Assembly (NCBI GenBank): GCA_963776245.1
Contig: CAVZLN010000006.1
Span: 256,001 to 320,000, forward strand
DNA from: Candidatus Eiseniibacteriota bacterium
GTDB lineage: Bacteria; Eisenbacteria; RBG-16-71-46
Direction: 5' to 3'
Length of the DNA: 64,000 nucleotides
Under the pieces are notes generated by a model, which saw only the letters and a program-made list of their open reading frames with translations, had not been told where the DNA came from and made no database searches. This document shows, in pieces, positions 63,618 to 64,000 of the stretch (position 1 is the stretch's first letter; each line of letters opens with the position of its first letter). A program made the position numbers and the translations under genes.

Positions 63618-64000
63618 ATGGAGAAACGGGATGTCCCGACTCATCTACGGCTGGCTGACGGGGATCGTGTCCAGCCTCCCGATGTGGCTGGGCTACCTCG
63701 TCGCCGACGTCGCCACCGAGATCCACTTCCGCTGCTTCCCCTCCCGCCGCCACGCCGCCCTCGCCAATCTCGCCACCCTGATGCCGCGCGCCACCCGGCG
63801 CGAGCGCGCTCCAGGTGGTCCGCAGCATGATGCGGAACTACAACCGGATGATGTTCGAGTTCTTCCGCCTGCCGCACCTGACCCGCGCGGAATTGCTCGG
63901 CTCGGTCGAGGTGGTGGGCCGCGAGCACCTCGAGCAGGCCGTCGCGCGCGGCCGCGGCGTCATCCTCACCTGCTGCCACATCGGCAACTGGGAGCTCGCG
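63618..64000 (+). CDS. Lysophospholipid/lipid A-type acyltransferase (LPLAT), 5' part, frameshifted
   Basis: ANLA, VGREHLEQAVARGRGVILTCCHIGNWELA (H-x-GNWE motif). Confidence 0.85.

Overview
A very GC-rich bacterial chromosomal segment. Gene content and style suggest an FCB-associated lineage such as Candidatus Eisenbacteria, but this is inference only. Single-base indels break many genes, including essential ones (valS, uvrB), which points to uncorrected long-read errors rather than pseudogenes. The left two-thirds is mostly housekeeping: uvrA (5' part), a PAS histidine kinase plus sigma54 activator, SurA/PpiD-like, tatA, HIT, truncated glmU, folB-folK-dNK-panB-panC, a Ser/Thr kinase, dapE-dapC-dapD, ygfZ-like, a divergent groEL, uvrB-nadC-birA-tatC-coaX-M28-tolB-like, an envelope glycosylation operon, an HNH nuclease, valS, wzi-like, an M13 peptidase and an epimerase. 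The main result is at about 47.6-57 kb: a regulators-only version of the flagellar hierarchy (csrA, flgM-like, HK, sigma54 activator, then a sigma54 promoter driving REC, a sigma4-only protein, an unknown ORF, flhG, fliA, HisKA-only, GGDEF and a hybrid HK). No flagellar structural gene occurs in this window. Four sigma28-type promoters (TCAAG-like-N15-GCCGATA) precede csrA-flgM, mglA, an oxidoreductase-wecB-GT-C operon and an 18-aa membrane microprotein. A second sigma54 promoter drives an unannotated 22-aa lysine-rich microprotein (MAAKKKAAKKKATKKKAAKKKK). Several of these regulatory proteins end in Ala-Ala. Together these suggest a flagellar-derived circuit reused for a developmental or cell-state programme (hypothesis). 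The HNH gene also carries four 20-bp palindromes at an exact 36-bp period. No rRNA, tRNA or CRISPR array was seen.
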